A stretch of 10,412 bases of DNA from Calditrichaceae bacterium (GTDB lineage Bacteria > Calditrichota > Calditrichia > Calditrichales > JBFXGD01). Positions within the stretch are counted from its first letter, which is position 1. Each line of letters opens with the position of its first letter. Both the position numbers and the translations under genes were made by a program. Shown piece after piece: positions 7,186-10,412 of the stretch. The stretch spans positions 1 through 10,412 of the forward strand of contig JBFXGD010000126.1 in NCBI GenBank assembly GCA_050178385.1. The letters run 5' to 3'. The notes beneath the pieces are model-generated. The model was not told the origin of the DNA. It was given only the letters and a program-made list of their open reading frames with translations, and ran no database searches.

Positions 7186-7203
7186 TTGGGAACAATTTAA
7201 CAA
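7186..7203. promoter_or_regulatory. Rex-like operator box 1 (TTGGGAA-CAAT-TTAACAA)
   Basis: 12/14 match to the Rex consensus TTGTGAA-N4-TTCACAA, in the divergent mmdA / M16 intergenic region. Confidence 0.5.
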
Positions 7204-7238
7204 ATATTATCGGCAAAAAGAAGCGAAATATTAATCTT

Positions 7239-7256
7239 TTGTTAAATATTTCACAT
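7239..7256. promoter_or_regulatory. Rex-like operator box 2 (TTGTTAA-ATAT-TTCACAT)
   Basis: 12/14 match to TTGTGAA-N4-TTCACAA with an all-AT spacer, 53 bp from box 1. Confidence 0.6.
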
Positions 7257-7510
7257 TTGAATTGCGGGTAAAATTTTATGTTCAGTTTGAGAGATTTGTG
7301 CTCTGGCCGGCAATTATATTTAACTGGATCCTGTTTTGGAATATAGTATGTAAATTGATATTATGAAGTGTCGAAATAATTTTGGAATTGAATGGGAAAA
7401 TCCTTAATTTCTTTTACTTTTTTAGCGGGTTATATCTGATTCTAAATTATTTTCCCTTCCGCTGATTTTTTCAATATTAAGATAGATTTTAGTTTCCGGA
7501 GACCAGTAGT

Positions 7511-8779
7511 ATGGATTTAAAAATTCAATTTGATCAATATTTCCTGAATAACGGCCTTCGGGTCATTTTGCACGAAGATCACCGTATACCGATTGTTGCT
7601 GTTAATCTTTGGTATCATGTCGGCTCCGGAAACGAGCGCAAGGGTCGGACAGGATTTGCTCATTTGTTTGAACACATGATGTTCCAGGGGAGCGAGCATG
7701 TGGGAAACGACATGCATTTCAAGTTGGTTCAGTCCGCCGGAGGCAATCTGAACGGATCGACCTTTTTTGACCGGACCAATTATTATGAAACTCTGCCATC
7801 ACATTATCTTGAAATGGGTCTCTGGCTGGAATCGGACAGGATGGGATTTCTCTTGCCGGCTATGACCCAGGAGAAACTTGATAATCAGCGTGATGTGGTT
7901 AAAAATGAACGACGCCAGAGAGTTGACAATCAGCCTTATGGTCTGTGGCTCGAAAAAATTCTTGAGCTCTCCTATTCAGATGAATTCTCTTATCACTGGC
8001 CCATCATCGGTTATATGGAAGATCTTGACGCGGCAAGTCTGGATGATATCCGGCAGTTTTTCAAAACATACTATGCCCCGCGAAACGCATCCCTGACGCT
8101 GGCCGGCGATTTTGACCCGGTTCAGGCCCGGGCACTTGTGGAAAAATATTTCGGCTCGATTAAAAATGGTCATGAAATTCCCCCCGTTCCCGGACCGTTT
8201 GATGAATTTAACCGGGGTGAAAAACGTGAAACATTGATTGATAATGTTCAGCTTCCACGGCTGTATATGGCCTATCATGTGCCGCCTTACGGGACGGATG
8301 AATGGTACGCGCTGGATTTAATGTCGGATATTCTTTCTTCCGGAAAAAGTTCACGGCTCTATCAGTCTCTGGTTTATGATTCGCAGATCGCACAGGACGC
8401 ATTCGCATTCATTTTGCCGATGCAGAGAGGTTCTCTGATGATTTTCCTGATCACCCCCAAACCAGGGATTGAAATCGATTTTCTGGAATCAGCGCTTGAG
8501 AAAGAAATTGAAAAAGTGAAATCGGATCTGATTGGAAACAGTGAGTTTGCTCGTGTTGTCAACCAGATTGACGCGAGAAAAATACGTGAACTTCAATCAA
8601 ATGCATCAAAAGCTGATTTATTAAATATGTTCGCTACTTATTTTGATAAACCGGAACTTATAAATGAAGAAATTAATCGCTACCATGCCGTAAATCCAGA
8701 AAAGATGAGAGAAGCGGCAAAGAAATATCTGAATGTTGATAACCGCACCGTTGTGACCTTTTTACCCAAAACGAAATAA
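7511..8779 (+). CDS. M16 family (pitrilysin/insulinase, M16B) zinc metallopeptidase, catalytic subunit
   Basis: 422 aa. LNNGLRV, WYHVGS, inverted zinc motif TGFAHLFEHMMFQGS (HXXEH), NGSTFFDRTNYY, LESDRM, downstream VVKNER, and GKSSRLYQSLV. No signal peptide evident. Confidence 0.95.
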   Translation: MDLKIQFDQYFLNNGLRVILHEDHRIPIVAVNLWYHVGSGNERKGRTGFAHLFEHMMFQGSEHVGNDMHFKLVQSAGGNLNGSTFFDRTNYYETLPSHYLEMGLWLESDRMGFLLPAMTQEKLDNQRDVVKNERRQRVDNQPYGLWLEKILELSYSDEFSYHWPIIGYMEDLDAASLDDIRQFFKTYYAPRNASLTLAGDFDPVQARALVEKYFGSIKNGHEIPPVPGPFDEFNRGEKRETLIDNVQLPRLYMAYHVPPYGTDEWYALDLMSDILSSGKSSRLYQSLVYDSQIAQDAFAFILPMQRGSLMIFLITPKPGIEIDFLESALEKEIEKVKSDLIGNSEFARVVNQIDARKIRELQSNASKADLLNMFATYFDKPELINEEINRYHAVNPEKMREAAKKYLNVDNRTVVTFLPKTK

Positions 8780-8796
8780 TTTATTAAGAGGCATTA

Positions 8797-10170
8797 ATGA
8801 ATCAGAACATAGACCGCTCAAAAATACCAGGGCCGCGAGAACACAGGCCATTCCATTTCCCGGAATATGAGAGTTTTACAATTTCAAACGGACTAAAAGT
8901 TATACATGCGCCTTATGGCGATCTGCCTCTGGTCAGTATCAATCTTTGTATACGCACCGGAGCGTTGATTGAGACGGAAGGCCGTGAAGGGCTTGCGAAT
9001 TTTACTTCAGAACTGATTTCAGAAGGTACAAAGTCCCGTTCATCTGTGAATATTGCCAATGAACTTGAATTCCTTGGAGCGCATCTGGATATATTTTCTG
9101 ATTGGAATGCCACCTATGTCGAACTAAATACGCTCAAGAAGCATTTATCAAGCGCGATGGATGTATATGAGGATATCCTGTTTAATCCGATCTTCCCGGA
9201 GAGAGAATTTGAACGGATAAAAAAGGAGTTACTCACGGGCAGGCTGCAGGGCATGGATAATCCGTCAAAAATCGCTAATGAGCGGTTTGCGGATTTTCTT
9301 TACGGAGATTTTCGATATGCCCGACCGCTGGAAGGAAATGAGATTTCGATTCAGAATATCACGCTTGACGAGATCAAAAATTTTTATATCAAACAATATA
9401 TACCCAATAACGCGGTTCTGGTTGTCGTAGGAGATATTTCCCGGGCAGAGGCGGAAGAGCTTGTAAATAAATATTTTGCGGACTGGCAGACGGGGATTTC
9501 CGTTGATTTTAAGGTCCCTGCGTTTAAAAATCCGGATAAGACATCAATAAAACTTATACATAAGGAAGGCGCCGTTCAGACAGAATTTAGAATAGGTCAT
9601 CATGGAATTGAAAGAAATCACCCCGACTTTTATTCAGTCATGTTAATGAATGAGATATTGGGCGGATATTTTCTTTCGAGGATCAATATGAATCTCAGGG
9701 AAGAACATGGTTATACTTATGGCGCCAGTTCAAAATTTAATTTTCGACAAGGAACCGGTCCCTTCCAGATTTCCACCGCGGCGGATATCCGGTATACACT
9801 TGAAACGATCACTGAGATATTCAACGAGATTAAGGAATTACAGCTTTCGGAAGTAACCGACGATGAAATTCAGAGCTCAAAAGGTCATATCACAGGAATA
9901 TTTCCGGTAGCATTTGAAACCGCGGATCAGATAGCTCTGGGGCTGGCGAATATTGTGGTATTTGATTTACCACACGACTATTTCCGCACTTTCAGGGATA
10001 AAATTAACAACGTAACAAAGGAAGATATTCTGCGCGCGGCGAATAAATTCATCCATCCCGAACAAATGTTTATTATCGCGACGACGGACCGTGTTAAAAC
10101 AGAAGAAAGACTTCGTGAATCCTTTACCGTTGAAGTATATGATATTATGGGTAAGAGAATCGATTCTTAG
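8797..10170 (+). CDS. M16 family peptidase non-catalytic partner subunit
   Basis: 457 aa M16 fold (ISNGLKV, YIPNNAVLVVVGD). HXXEH is replaced by GLANFTSELISEGT; the R/Y substrate-binding motif ILGGYFLSRINMNLREEHGYTYG is retained. Starts 17 nt after the catalytic gene. Confidence 0.92.
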   Translation: MNQNIDRSKIPGPREHRPFHFPEYESFTISNGLKVIHAPYGDLPLVSINLCIRTGALIETEGREGLANFTSELISEGTKSRSSVNIANELEFLGAHLDIFSDWNATYVELNTLKKHLSSAMDVYEDILFNPIFPEREFERIKKELLTGRLQGMDNPSKIANERFADFLYGDFRYARPLEGNEISIQNITLDEIKNFYIKQYIPNNAVLVVVGDISRAEAEELVNKYFADWQTGISVDFKVPAFKNPDKTSIKLIHKEGAVQTEFRIGHHGIERNHPDFYSVMLMNEILGGYFLSRINMNLREEHGYTYGASSKFNFRQGTGPFQISTAADIRYTLETITEIFNEIKELQLSEVTDDEIQSSKGHITGIFPVAFETADQIALGLANIVVFDLPHDYFRTFRDKINNVTKEDILRAANKFIHPEQMFIIATTDRVKTEERLRESFTVEVYDIMGKRIDS

Positions 10171-10250
10171 AAGTGACAAAAAAACATCTGCTACCTTTGG
10201 GAAAGAATTACAATACCTCTACATTTATATTTGTAGCTGATAATTAATTC

Positions 10251-10280
10251 TTGACAAATATAAAGTCATAATCCTATTTT
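10251..10280 (+). promoter_or_regulatory. Putative sigma70 promoter for the downstream gene
   Basis: Perfect TTGACA (10251-10256), 18-nt spacer, TATTTT (10275-10280), upstream of the ATG at 10329. Confidence 0.45.
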
Positions 10281-10328
10281 TAAAGAAGCCCTCCCTGCAA
10301 TCATTAAATATCTGTAGGATCTTGAACG

Positions 10329-10412
10329 ATGCATAAAAAATTGATGTTCGAAACAAAAGGAAATGTAGAATTCCTAAGTCAGAAACGGATAGCTGTTTTT
10401 GCGTCAAAGAAC
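10329..10412 (+). CDS. 5' fragment of a probable DprA/Smf-like (SLOG-fold) protein, running off the window
   Basis: AGGA at 10316-10319, ATG at 10329, open to the end: MHKKLMFETKGNVEFLSQKRIAVFASKN. This resembles the DprA-type 'xGNxxLLxxxxIAIVGSR' pattern. Only 28 codons are visible. Confidence 0.5.
   Translation, partial: MHKKLMFETKGNVEFLSQKRIAVFASKN

Noticed and set aside
7260..7510. Possible sRNA, riboswitch or CRISPR leader in the long AT-rich intergenic region
   Set aside because: No stable stems, conserved RNA motif or repeats seen; consistent with divergent promoter DNA. An Infernal/Rfam scan would settle it.
7517..10407. Short alternative-frame or antisense ORFs over the M16 genes, and the 60-aa minus ORF at 10225-10407
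   Set aside because: They overlap strong genes or the better-supported plus-strand start at 10329, and show no motifs.

Overview
Bacterial chromosomal window with no mobile element, CRISPR array or RNA gene visible. It has five blocks. (1) The 3' part of a FecE/BtuD-type ABC ATPase. (2) An ECF sigma factor with a soluble, Cys-rich zinc-binding (HxxxCxxC) anti-sigma factor, followed by three different thioredoxin-fold genes: trxA, a two-CxxC protein disulfide oxidoreductase and a membrane-anchored TlpA/ResA-like protein. (3) A convergent minus-strand Na+-pumping acyl-CoA (probably methylmalonyl-CoA) decarboxylase operon in mmdA-D-C-B order. (4) A divergent M16 metallopeptidase pair, one catalytic and one non-catalytic. 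(5) The start of a probable DprA/SLOG-like gene. The strongest unannotated signal is an identical bipartite motif, ATGTATC-N16-CATCA, upstream of both the sigma gene and trxA. It suggests an autoregulated thiol-stress ECF regulon analogous to SigR/RsrA, but with a different promoter consensus and different outputs. Two Rex-like operator boxes lie upstream of the decarboxylase operon. Product calls come from recognising motifs by eye; no database searches were run.
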